Assembly: GCA_036337435.1 (NCBI GenBank)
Contig: JAYZEG010000062.1
Location: 32,001 to 96,000 of the forward strand
Source: Myxococcota bacterium
GTDB taxonomy: Bacteria > Myxococcota_A > Bradymonadia > UBA7976 > UBA1532
DNA: 64,000 nt
Direction of reading: 5' to 3'
Part shown: piece after piece, positions 19,914-29,687 of the stretch
Layout of the letters: every line of letters starts with the position of its first letter
Numbering within the stretch: position 1 is the stretch's first letter
Made by a program: the position numbers and the translations under genes
The notes under the pieces: generated by a model
Database searches by the model: none
Told to the model about the DNA's origin: nothing
The model's input: only the letters and a program-made list of their open reading frames with translations

Positions 19914-22900
19914 ATGCGCTTTTTCATTTTGGCTTTGTGTATTTCTTTTTCCGGTCCGGTTTACGGTCAGCAACAGATCACGGGCCCAAATGGCCAGACC
20001 TATAGAGTCGACGGGCGCGGGCACGGTGGGCTTGTTGGCCCCAGTCCCTATGAAGGTTGGCCTCAGCTCTGTGTACGCGTTTGCAATAACGACTGTAATT
20101 TGGCCTGTGATGTGGATTCAATTTATTCGGCAGCAGGCGTCGCCCCGACTCAAACGGATGGTCTCCAAGGCTTACAAATGGCGACCGTGCAATTGGCTGG
20201 ATTACAGGTTTCACGGCACATCTGGATTCCGGCGGCAGGCCCGCAGAATGCAGACGGTTTTGTCGTTTACTTCGATGAGCTTTTCAATCCAACCAATGCG
20301 CCGATCACAGTCAATATTCGGTTGGGTACGGTGGCTTCCGGTCGGGGCCAAATCAACGACGCCAATGCTCGCGTTTGGCGGACTCAATCAGACGATTCGA
20401 TTCTCGAGATCCGTGACCGTTGGTTCTTGGTCGACGATGATCAGGCATTTGGCGGACGGCCATCTTTGGCGGTGCTCACCCATGGAGCAGGGGCTCGTCA
20501 GGCGTTAGGCAGCATTCAACAAGCTGCCTTCGACAATGACCAAGCTGGTCAATTGAATTGGACATTTGACCAACACACAATTCCAGCAGGTTCCCGATCG
20601 GCCTTCATTTCAGTCCTTTCGCTAAACGCGACCCGGACCGATGCCCTCGATGAAATTGAAAGCCTGATTCGGATGCGTGATGTCGATGTTTTGTTCGCGA
20701 CATCAGCAGAGCGTCGACGAGCCGTCCAGAACTTTGACATCGACCCAGACAATGCATCCCCCGTCGCCAATGCGGGTGGACCCTATACCACCGACGAAGG
20801 TCTTCCCATCGATTTGTCGGGCGTTTTTTCCTACGATGCTGAAAACGTACAGCTCCAATATTCTTGGGATCTAACAGACGACGGTGTGGATAATTTTGGC
20901 GATGCATTGACGGCCAATGCGCGTGCTCAGTTTTCTGATGATGGAATCTACACTGTCCGACTCAGAGTTGACGACGGGACGGGTAAGTTCGATATAGACA
21001 ACGCGCGCATCCAGGTGCGCAATGTCAACCCTCGAATCGATGCCATTTCGACATCCAGCCCTGTCCAAGAGGGCGAGTTAATCGATTTTGAAATCGATGC
21101 CAGCGATCCGGGCGCTGACCGGTTAACCTATGAGTTTGATTGGGACGGCGATGGTCAATTTGACACGGACCCGAGTCCGGACAATCGAGCTCAATACCGA
21201 CACCAGGGTGATGGCGAGTTGAACGGCATTGTACGTGTTCGAGATGATGATGGCGGTTTTGTCGATGGCCCTTTTTCTGTGTCCATACTCAACGCGCCGC
21301 CGCGAATCAATCAGATCGTGGCTCCGCCCGGTATTGCTGAAGGTGCCACCTTTGAGATCCGCGTGATTGCGGAAGATGGCGGCAATGATCCACTCATTTT
21401 CTCTTATGACATTGATGAAGATGGGCGAAATGATTTTTCCGGACTCGACCTAGACCGTATTGAGGTCGCTTACCAGGACGATGGATTGTATGTGGTTCGG
21501 GTTCAAGTTTGCGACGATCAGAATGCATGCTCCACAGGTGAGGTGCCCGTCAACGTCGGCAATATCCGCCCGCGTATTCTCGATGTGACCGCGACCACAC
21601 CCATTGTTGAGGGTCAGAGTTCACGGATCGTTGTCAACGCCGTGGATGTCGTCGGCGACCCGCTCTTGTATGCCTTCGATATCGACAATGATGGAGACTA
21701 TTCAGACGACGTGGAGAACCAGCTCCAATCGGCACTCACCATTCCATTTGCAGACGATGGCATTTATTTCGTCGGTGTCCGAGTTGATGATGGCGATGGG
21801 GGGATCGTCACGGACGTTGTTAGAATTGAAGTAACGAACGCGCCTCCCACTGCCGAGATTCGCGGTCCCGTATCGACCAGACAAGGCCTTCAAGAGCAGT
21901 TTACATGCCAGGGCTCAGATGTGGGCGATGACCGATTACGTTACGATTGGGATCTCGACGGAGATGACTTGTACGAAGTCAGTCGAGGACAAGCCCAAAT
22001 CACCCATAGCTTTAGAGCGGTCGGATCCTTAACAATCCGCTGTCGGGTGAGTGATGGAGATGGTGGGTTTGCTTTTGCAGAGCATCAAGTCTTCGTCTCC
22101 AATGAGCGCCCGCAGCTCGATATCGAAGTTGCGTCACCTCAAAATGAGGGGACCGAGGTGATTATACGGGCCTTCGGCTCCGATGCTGGCGGTGACACCC
22201 TTGCCTACTCCTACGATATTGATGGAGATGGTGAAATTGACTACGGCCCAACCGATGAGGCCATCATTCGTCATACCTACCCAAATCAGGGCTTCTTTAC
22301 TGTTCGAGCGTGGGCGGATGATGGAATCGACCAAATCGATGCGAGTGCACAGATTCGAATCTCGAATGTTGACCCCACAGTCCGTTTATCAATTCAGTCC
22401 CCGGTTAATGAAGGCGATGAAGTCGCAGTGACAGCGGAGGTATCGGACCCGGGTGCTGATTTAATTACGCTCCGATGGGACTTGGATGGCGATGGAGAGC
22501 CTGAGCCAGACCGCAGCGATACAGTAGAAGATGGACTTGTTGAACAGCGGTTTTTGACCAGCGATGATGGTCGCTACGACGTGACCGTCTGGGCCGATGA
22601 TGGCGATGGTGGGGAAATCAGTGTGGCGCAAGCACTGATCATCGAAAATGTGGCACCTCAATTTCCTGATGGGTACCAACCGCCCGCGGCGGTCGAAGGG
22701 CGACCCTATAATCGCGCGATTCCAGCCAATGATGTCGCTGGTCAAAATGACCCAATTCGATATTCGCTACTCGACCCACCAGAAGGGGTTGAAATCGAGG
22801 AGAATACAGGCTTGCTCCTATGGACTCCCACCTATGCCGATTTTCTGAATCGACCCGTTGTTCTGCGGGTTCGCATCGATGACGGAGATGGTGGAACCAC

Positions 22901-24482
22901 TCAACGTGCGATTCCCTTTGATGTCCTACCCACTGACGAAGATGATGATGGCATTCCTGATAGCTATGAAATCAACGCATGCTCTGCTGACGGCGTCTGC
23001 CTTGACCCAACCAACCCCGACGATGCAGATGCTGATCCCGATATGGATGGTCGATCGAATCGGCAAGAATGGACTGATGAAACAGACCCGTATGCCTATG
23101 AAGGTCCTGAGCCAACCGAGTTGTTGTTTCCCGAAGACGAAGACCGTGTCAATACGCTGAGTCCTCAGTTGGTGGCGAGGCGCGTACAAGATAACCAAGG
23201 CAATGCCATCTTTATTGAATTTGAGCTCTTCGATACTGACCAACCGACGATGCCAATCGTATCGAGTGGTCGTGTCCTCCAGCCAGTTGATGGGGATACA
23301 CGATGGATGATTCCGGAGGGTCTACTCGATGAAGATGTTTGGTATTGGTGGCGGGCGAGAGCTGTCACAGCTCGGCTCAATACACCATGGACATCTCTGT
23401 TTGTCTTTAGAACCAATTCGGAAAACTCTGCGCCAACCACGCCACAACTTCTTGGTCCACCGGATGGGTCCAGTCTTGGTGATCTCAGACCGACTCTCAG
23501 AGCAACAGTCGCTACGGATGCCGACGAGGACTATTTGCGATACGTGTTTCGCATCTATGGTCCAAATGGGGAAATCTTTACCACCGGAGCCGGAGAGCCT
23601 ATTGACGGTGAAATCCATTTCAGAACACCCGCTTTGATCGAAAACACCACAATGACATGGGATGTTGTGGCCATCGATGAGGCCAGTGCAGAATCCGCCC
23701 CATCGGAATCGTGGTCCATTTATGTTGATACAGAAAACAGTGCGCCCAGCACACCTCGATTCCTGCGACCCATAGACGCTGAGGTGATTGGCACCGTCAG
23801 TCCTGAATTCGCTGTGACGCCCAGTGAGGATGAAGATGGAGACACGGTCACGTACTTGTTTACGATTCATTCCCAAGACGGCGAACTGGTCCTAGCGAGT
23901 GAAGCAATTGCTGACTCTGGCGACGAAGAAATCATCTGGCAGCCTGACTTTGAATTGGATGAAGATCATGAATACACCGCCTCTATTTATGCACAAGATG
24001 AGCGTGGTGCTGTTTCGTCCGAAGACTCAGTGACATTCTTTGTCTCCACCGAGAATGACCCACCATCCATCCCCATGCCACTGTCTCCTCGGAATGCATC
24101 CGAAGTCTTTGGAGACGATGCGATTCTAATTTGGACAGATGCAATCGACCCAGAAGGCGCAGTGGTCAATTATGTTGTTGAACTGTGTGCCGGCGAGATG
24201 TGTGTACGGAGCGAACCACAGACTGAGGTATCGATTTCCATGGCCAATATTGTTCAAGATGGAGAGACGTATTCTTGGCGTGTAGAAGCCATCGATGCCG
24301 ATGGGCTTTCGTCTGGATTGAGCGAACCCTGGCAATTTACGATTTCCGGAACCTCGACCTCGTCAGATGCCGGCGACTCGGGCTGTAGTTGCCATGTTGG
24401 AGATGCGCCAAAACCGCCGAATATTTTGACTCTACTTCTTGTCTTGATTGGGTTGGTTGGTCTCCGCTTCCGTAAGGTTTGA
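19914..24482 (+). CDS. Large surface protein: 7 PKD-like domains, cadherin/Ig-like domain, Ca-binding linker, 4 FN3/Ig-like repeats and a MYXO-CTERM sorting signal
   Basis: Signal peptide; seven Y.(W/F/Y)D.D.D(G/D)-type PKD motifs; P..P.L..P repeats; C-terminal GCSC...LLLVLIGLVGLRFRKV. Confidence 0.88.
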   Translation: MRFFILALCISFSGPVYGQQQITGPNGQTYRVDGRGHGGLVGPSPYEGWPQLCVRVCNNDCNLACDVDSIYSAAGVAPTQTDGLQGLQMATVQLAGLQVSRHIWIPAAGPQNADGFVVYFDELFNPTNAPITVNIRLGTVASGRGQINDANARVWRTQSDDSILEIRDRWFLVDDDQAFGGRPSLAVLTHGAGARQALGSIQQAAFDNDQAGQLNWTFDQHTIPAGSRSAFISVLSLNATRTDALDEIESLIRMRDVDVLFATSAERRRAVQNFDIDPDNASPVANAGGPYTTDEGLPIDLSGVFSYDAENVQLQYSWDLTDDGVDNFGDALTANARAQFSDDGIYTVRLRVDDGTGKFDIDNARIQVRNVNPRIDAISTSSPVQEGELIDFEIDASDPGADRLTYEFDWDGDGQFDTDPSPDNRAQYRHQGDGELNGIVRVRDDDGGFVDGPFSVSILNAPPRINQIVAPPGIAEGATFEIRVIAEDGGNDPLIFSYDIDEDGRNDFSGLDLDRIEVAYQDDGLYVVRVQVCDDQNACSTGEVPVNVGNIRPRILDVTATTPIVEGQSSRIVVNAVDVVGDPLLYAFDIDNDGDYSDDVENQLQSALTIPFADDGIYFVGVRVDDGDGGIVTDVVRIEVTNAPPTAEIRGPVSTRQGLQEQFTCQGSDVGDDRLRYDWDLDGDDLYEVSRGQAQITHSFRAVGSLTIRCRVSDGDGGFAFAEHQVFVSNERPQLDIEVASPQNEGTEVIIRAFGSDAGGDTLAYSYDIDGDGEIDYGPTDEAIIRHTYPNQGFFTVRAWADDGIDQIDASAQIRISNVDPTVRLSIQSPVNEGDEVAVTAEVSDPGADLITLRWDLDGDGEPEPDRSDTVEDGLVEQRFLTSDDGRYDVTVWADDGDGGEISVAQALIIENVAPQFPDGYQPPAAVEGRPYNRAIPANDVAGQNDPIRYSLLDPPEGVEIEENTGLLLWTPTYADFLNRPVVLRVRIDDGDGGTTQRAIPFDVLPTDEDDDGIPDSYEINACSADGVCLDPTNPDDADADPDMDGRSNRQEWTDETDPYAYEGPEPTELLFPEDEDRVNTLSPQLVARRVQDNQGNAIFIEFELFDTDQPTMPIVSSGRVLQPVDGDTRWMIPEGLLDEDVWYWWRARAVTARLNTPWTSLFVFRTNSENSAPTTPQLLGPPDGSSLGDLRPTLRATVATDADEDYLRYVFRIYGPNGEIFTTGAGEPIDGEIHFRTPALIENTTMTWDVVAIDEASAESAPSESWSIYVDTENSAPSTPRFLRPIDAEVIGTVSPEFAVTPSEDEDGDTVTYLFTIHSQDGELVLASEAIADSGDEEIIWQPDFELDEDHEYTASIYAQDERGAVSSEDSVTFFVSTENDPPSIPMPLSPRNASEVFGDDAILIWTDAIDPEGAVVNYVVELCAGEMCVRSEPQTEVSISMANIVQDGETYSWRVEAIDADGLSSGLSEPWQFTISGTSTSSDAGDSGCSCHVGDAPKPPNILTLLLVLIGLVGLRFRKV

Positions 24483-24546
24483 CGCCTGAACAGCCTACAA
24501 GTAACGTATCGACCAAAGAATGACCGATAGTCTTTAGGAGTTCGCT

Positions 24547-25809
24547 TTGGCAAACAATAAGATCCTGCTCTTAGACGACGTTGAAGATGATCTGAATCGA
24601 CTCGCAGAGATCGTGGAGTCCATTGGGATATCCATCGAGAAAGCCGACTCACAACAGGCAGCATTGGTCCAATGCGAACGAGGTGTTTCCTGCGTTTTCC
24701 TCGACCCAACCGGCGAGTCCATCAATGCGACCGAACTCTATGCACAGTTAGACAAGCTTGGATTGCCATTCGTTTGTGTGAGTAAAGAAAGCAGTCGTGA
24801 AGATGTCATTAGTGCACTTCGGTCTGGTTGTTTGGACTGGTTGGACAAACCCATCGAGGCAGAGGCGGTTAGATCGGCTTTTCGCCGCATTGAAAAGCGG
24901 GCAAAAATTTCATTGGTCGAGGACAAACAGAAAAGTTCATCGACGACAGGACGAGGTTTAATTGCAGAGATTGCAAAGCGAATTCGGGATGGGAACGTCG
25001 ACTTACCTGAAGTCCCAGACATCGTAAAAGAATTGAATCACCTTTTGGTCAATTTGGACGTTGAAGCAGACGCTGTACAAGCCGTTGTTGAGCGTGACCC
25101 ATCCCTTGCGGCTCGGCTGGTTGCGACCGTGAATACTGCGACCTATGGTGGTGCCTACTGGAAAGGTCAGATTACCGACATCAAAGCTTGCGTCACGAGA
25201 CTGGGCAATCAGGCCATTCGTAATCTGGTTCAAACCGATGCCATCAAAGGCATGTTTCAGTTCCGATCACCCGCCTTTAAAGCCGTCTTTGATAAGATGT
25301 GGCGTTGCCACTTCATGAGCGCGTGTCTGGCGCGAGATGTCGCAGAAGCTGCCGAGCTTGGGGACATTGAAGAAGTGTACTTGGTTGGGTTAATCCATAA
25401 CATCGGCGAGCTTTTTCTTCTCCGGGTTTTCGGTGAGCTTTTTCAAAGGCAGAACAACCAGGTTTTGTCCATGGACGAAGTGCTCGATATGGTGCGTGAT
25501 TATCATTGCGTCTTTGGCGAAGCTTTGGTGAAAAAGTGGGACCTCGGTGACCAGTTTGCTTTTGTGACCCGCCATCATCACGATTTAAAAATGTACCAAG
25601 ATACGGAAGGTGAGAATAGTCATGTCAAACTCATGCACTGCGTGAATTTGGCCGACCAACTCGTGAATTACACAGGCGCAACCTACTACGCCAAAGCACT
25701 TCCAGCACCCAGCTTGCAAGAGAGTTATCAGGTCATCGAAGTGGATGCGGATGCCAAAGAAAAACTACGCCATCGAGCCGAGAAAATGTACGGTGAGTTG
25801 TTTGGCTAA
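24547..25809 (+). CDS. Response regulator receiver + HDOD domain protein
   Basis: KILLLDD, FLD (phospho-Asp position), WLDKP; HDOD motifs DLPEVP, ERDPSLAARLV..VN, RLG, GLIHNIG, HH. AGGAG RBS before the TTG start. Confidence 0.88.
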   Translation: MANNKILLLDDVEDDLNRLAEIVESIGISIEKADSQQAALVQCERGVSCVFLDPTGESINATELYAQLDKLGLPFVCVSKESSREDVISALRSGCLDWLDKPIEAEAVRSAFRRIEKRAKISLVEDKQKSSSTTGRGLIAEIAKRIRDGNVDLPEVPDIVKELNHLLVNLDVEADAVQAVVERDPSLAARLVATVNTATYGGAYWKGQITDIKACVTRLGNQAIRNLVQTDAIKGMFQFRSPAFKAVFDKMWRCHFMSACLARDVAEAAELGDIEEVYLVGLIHNIGELFLLRVFGELFQRQNNQVLSMDEVLDMVRDYHCVFGEALVKKWDLGDQFAFVTRHHHDLKMYQDTEGENSHVKLMHCVNLADQLVNYTGATYYAKALPAPSLQESYQVIEVDADAKEKLRHRAEKMYGELFG

Positions 25810-25817
25810 AGCCCGGT

Positions 25818-26282
25818 TTATTTGAGTGCTCGATCAGAGTTAAGGACGGGCCATTTACCGTATTTGGCGGCTGCTTCCGGTCCAGAGAAAACTTGGATTG
25901 CAACCAAGGGGTCTGGCCCGTTTACAAACGAGACCTCGGCCCCAGCAGGCATATAAATGGTCATGCCGGCCGAAACCTGAATCGTTTGACCATCGATGGT
26001 CATTTCACCCGCTCCGCTGACGATGACTAAATATTCCTCAGTTGGATCTTTATGCAAGGGCACGCGCGCACTCGGCGCGAGCCACAATCGCCCGATGAAA
26101 GCATTTTTACCTTGGGCGAGCCTTTGAATCTTGGCTTTTCCATTGGTGAGACCTCGAGTCTCCAGATTGTCTGAGCTTGTAATTGTGTATTTGGCCCCAT
26201 TGGCCTTTGGCGATGCCCACACACTCGTACAAAAGGTCATCATTAACAAAACTCGAATAAGGTCCATTGCTAGCCCTTTCAT
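25818..26282 (-). CDS. Exported cupin-domain protein (start may be 26267)
   Basis: Signal peptide ending VWA-S; cupin motifs PLHKDPTEEYLVIVSGAG and AGMTIYMPAG. Confidence 0.8.
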   Translation of the reverse strand: MKGLAMDLIRVLLMMTFCTSVWASPKANGAKYTITSSDNLETRGLTNGKAKIQRLAQGKNAFIGRLWLAPSARVPLHKDPTEEYLVIVSGAGEMTIDGQTIQVSAGMTIYMPAGAEVSFVNGPDPLVAIQVFSGPEAAAKYGKWPVLNSDRALK

Positions 26283-26292
26283 TTACCTTCAT

Positions 26293-28155
26293 CTACCGCC
26301 GCTCGACCCGGTATACATAGTCATTCTGACCTTGTCCGAATAGAATGACTCGCACCTTGTAGACACCCGCATTGAATCGATTTGGCAGCTCAACACTGTG
26401 GTTGTTCGCTCCGTTGAGGTCGAATCCAACCAGATTGAGGTCGCCATCGTACACGAGAAGATCGATATCGCCTCGGGCTCCATCAAATTCGATGCTAAAG
26501 GTGATAGATTCGGACTCAGCTTTTGGCAGACTGAACCAATCTTCACTTTGCCCGCATACGACACGCTCTTGACCCACCAAGTTGCCTTGCGCTGGTAATT
26601 CGAAAGCGTCGTCTGGGCTGTCATCCGGTTCAAACTGGTCGTCGTTGCAAGTCGTGCCCGTGGCTGGACGCGTAGCGATCCAATACTGGCCACCATCCCG
26701 GGCTACTCCAGGTAAATTGAGCTCGACAAAGAGATTGTCATCGATGTCCGGATAATCGAAGGAAACCCATGGTGTGCCGGTATCTCGCCCAAAGGCGATT
26801 CGGTCAATCAGGCCGTTATTTGCCCGACTTACGTCGGCTTCGATGCTCGGCAATGCTGTTTTCAGGAGGAGACTGCCCTCACGGTCTCTCCGTCTTTGCC
26901 TTATCTCATACCAATCACCATTGCCCGGGCAGAGTCGAGCTGCGATGCGTGCTCCAGATGCCCCGATCGTCGTGGCTGAATCAGGCCCATTATCTGGTTC
27001 TAAGACATCCTCCTCACAGATGATGGTTCGGTCTTTGACATCGAACCTGTATGCGACACTCTCGGCGGTCGTCCCGAGAAAGAAGCTTGGGCTGCTGAGG
27101 ACCAGCTCTGCACCTGGTTGAAGAGTAATTGTACGGATTGTTTGACCTTGTCCTGCATCCAACTCAGTGAGTTCTATTGGGCCACTGGCGTCGTTCAGAG
27201 ACAAAACAGGCTCATCGATGTCATCGCTGATGGAAAAATAATCAAGATCAGTTGGACATAGAGTACCTTCGACAGGTCCAAGGGCATCAATCTGCGTCAA
27301 CTCGGACAGTCCATTATTCGGTTCATAATCGTCCAAGCCGCACAATGGCAGCCGACACTCACTGTCTATACACGACTCGTTTGGCAGGCAGTCCTCATCG
27401 GTGACACAGTCTACGCACTGATTTGTCCCTGTCTCGCACACGAGTCCATCTTCGCAATCTCGGTCTAATAGACAGTCGACACATTCACCTGTGTCGAGTC
27501 GACATTGCAGGTCAGCGTCGCACGGCCCGCAAAGATCATCAGGAATGCACTGAGCATTGACGCAACGTTCAGCGGATGCGCAGACGGGATCGCACAGGTC
27601 AATCTGGACGCATTGACCATCCCGGCATTGGAGGTCAGGCCCGCAGTCATCGGCTGAGTCGCAGGACTCGCTTGCTTGACACAGATTATCGACGCAGATG
27701 AATCCCGAGTCGCAGACAGGATTACAGCCAGCGGCGAAGGAACCGATGACAAATCGGTGATAGCCAGTGCTTGGAAACGTATCGCGTCCTCCGGGGCCTT
27801 CAACCACGATCCGCAGCAAGATGGCCTTGTCGAGGACACTGCCAGGGAGCCGTCCTTCCCATGAATCAGAGCGGACTTTGAACATCTTTATTTCTGTCAG
27901 TGAAGCGGGCTCTGCTGCTTCATCCCGCCACTCTGCATAGGCCCGGTTGATGGACCCCCAAGTTTGAGCACTGACCAGGTACGGTCCTGTTCGATCAGAC
28001 GTGTCCGATGGGACATTGACTTCAAGGATATCGGGCGGAGCAAGACCACAGCCGACAGCCCAAATCCACTGAGCCGATAAAACGGCAAAAATTAAGGTCG
28101 AGGTGCGCAAATACTGGCCGCATCTTCGAGTACATTTTCGTTTTCGCTTCTCCAT
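26293..28155 (-). CDS. Cys-rich lipoprotein with three PPC-like (pre-peptidase C-terminal) domains
   Basis: Lipobox WAVGC; C...C..D.DC....C repeats; DDYEPNN, EDVLEPDN and DDQFEPDD each followed by ..C...D(Y/W)(F/Y); GDIDLLVYD. Confidence 0.8.
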   Translation of the reverse strand: MEKRKRKCTRRCGQYLRTSTLIFAVLSAQWIWAVGCGLAPPDILEVNVPSDTSDRTGPYLVSAQTWGSINRAYAEWRDEAAEPASLTEIKMFKVRSDSWEGRLPGSVLDKAILLRIVVEGPGGRDTFPSTGYHRFVIGSFAAGCNPVCDSGFICVDNLCQASESCDSADDCGPDLQCRDGQCVQIDLCDPVCASAERCVNAQCIPDDLCGPCDADLQCRLDTGECVDCLLDRDCEDGLVCETGTNQCVDCVTDEDCLPNESCIDSECRLPLCGLDDYEPNNGLSELTQIDALGPVEGTLCPTDLDYFSISDDIDEPVLSLNDASGPIELTELDAGQGQTIRTITLQPGAELVLSSPSFFLGTTAESVAYRFDVKDRTIICEEDVLEPDNGPDSATTIGASGARIAARLCPGNGDWYEIRQRRRDREGSLLLKTALPSIEADVSRANNGLIDRIAFGRDTGTPWVSFDYPDIDDNLFVELNLPGVARDGGQYWIATRPATGTTCNDDQFEPDDSPDDAFELPAQGNLVGQERVVCGQSEDWFSLPKAESESITFSIEFDGARGDIDLLVYDGDLNLVGFDLNGANNHSVELPNRFNAGVYKVRVILFGQGQNDYVYRVERR

Positions 28156-29687
28156 AGGGGTAAGAGTACGATCTGACAGACAGTCCCCTCAAGACAGTTT
28201 TCGTCAGGATTCATCAAATCGCAGGGTTCTACGCAAAAACCCTCCGCCGAACACCACCTAGAACGGCATTCGATATCGTGTTGACAACCCGCCCCAGCCC
28301 CACGGTCGCCGATGGCTCTCTGGCAGCGCGTTGTCCAACCCGCACGCTGTGAATCGGGCTTTAAGACGCACACCTCGTCGTCGATACATGACCGACTCTC
28401 GCAGTCGCTATCGCTCCCAAAATTGGGGAGGCATCCGGAAAAACCGAGATACGGACCATTGGCGTCATTTGCCTGTGCAACGAGATAATGGACGTTCTCA
28501 TAACAGACGTGCCCAATGCCACAGTGGCCTTCTGTATCGGGAACGCATGGACCCCAGCAGGTGGCATCTAAGCAGACCTGGCTCTGGCAATCGCTGTGGT
28601 TTTGGCAGCGGCTTCCGGGATTACGGCCAGGTGGTGTCGGTTGACAGGTGAGGCGTGTCCTCTGATCTGCGACGCTTGGCAGACACGTACGACCAACAGC
28701 ACACTCGATATCGTTTTGGCAGCTCAGATCCTGAGCGATACACGTGCGCAGACTGTAGGTGGCTTGGCCAACGGACCACGCGTCAAGCGCGCACAAACCG
28801 CTTGGGCAATCTGAACCGCTTGAACAAGGCCAAAAGCAAAATCCGGATTCGAGGCATGCCCCAGACGGACAGCTTTGATCGTCCGTACAGAGTTGAAAAG
28901 TCCGAGGGCGTTCACCTGTTGTACATCGCCGCTTTGGCTGCTCCTGCTCCAGTATCACCTCGCAATATCCGTCAACACAGTCAGGATGCCGTAAACACCT
29001 GTTGGTCAGACATTCACGAGTGTCTGGGTCACACTGCCCGGGTTGGCAGGTCGGCGAATTCAATCGGCAACCTGGCTCGCATCTGCCATCGTCACAATCC
29101 TCGACGACTTGGCAATCTTGGTCTGAATCGCAGTCTCGCTCAATGCATCGTTGAGTCTCCTGGTCACACATCTCCGTCACTGGGCAATCGGCCGATTCTC
29201 TGCAAGCTGAATTGCAGGCTGTTCCATCGCAAGACTCATCTAGCGCACGACTTGGATTGTCACAGGGAGTTGCGTCACAGGACCTCGGCAGCAGACACTG
29301 GCCTCGAGTTTGATCACATTCACCGAATAGACAGTCACTATCCGTCTGGCAAACACCTGGGACAGCCGATTGGCACCAACCGAGAATGCATAACCGGTCG
29401 TCGCCACAGGTCGAGTCATTTTCACATTGACGTGGTGAGCAAATCGAATTGAGACAGACGTCTGTTGGGCCACAGTCACTATTCCGTTGGCATTGTTGTG
29501 GTGCCTGACATCGCATAAACCGACAGATCTCGCCTGACCTACAGTCGTCTTCTGTTCGACATGAAAGATGAGACGCTGGGTCCGAACAGTTCAGTAACGC
29601 CAACAAGAACAAGGGCCAGCATGCGCTCCGAATCTGTGCTGAGCCCTCGGCTTTGAACTTAAGGAGACGTCTTTTTCTCTCGCCCAT
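28092..29687 (-). CDS. Cys-rich repeat lipoprotein (C-x2-(D/N)-x-(D/E)-C repeats)
   Basis: Lipobox LALLNC; more than a dozen C..D.DC...C modules. Start placed at ATG 29687, not 29819. Confidence 0.8.
   Translation of the reverse strand: MGERKRRLLKFKAEGSAQIRSACWPLFLLALLNCSDPASHLSCRTEDDCRSGEICRFMRCQAPQQCQRNSDCGPTDVCLNSICSPRQCENDSTCGDDRLCILGWCQSAVPGVCQTDSDCLFGECDQTRGQCLLPRSCDATPCDNPSRALDESCDGTACNSACRESADCPVTEMCDQETQRCIERDCDSDQDCQVVEDCDDGRCEPGCRLNSPTCQPGQCDPDTRECLTNRCLRHPDCVDGYCEVILEQEQPKRRCTTGERPRTFQLCTDDQSCPSGACLESGFCFWPCSSGSDCPSGLCALDAWSVGQATYSLRTCIAQDLSCQNDIECAVGRTCLPSVADQRTRLTCQPTPPGRNPGSRCQNHSDCQSQVCLDATCWGPCVPDTEGHCGIGHVCYENVHYLVAQANDANGPYLGFSGCLPNFGSDSDCESRSCIDDEVCVLKPDSQRAGWTTRCQRAIGDRGAGAGCQHDIECRSRWCSAEGFCVEPCDLMNPDENCLEGTVCQIVLLPLWRSENENVLEDAASICAPRP

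Noticed and set aside
19828..20508. 226-aa alternative-frame ORF
   Set aside because: It overlaps the MYXO-CTERM gene in another frame and has no recognisable features.
28655..29452. 265-aa plus-strand ORF, and similar long antisense ORFs such as 32712-33464
   Set aside because: They lie antisense to well-supported genes, and their composition reflects codon bias on the opposite strand.
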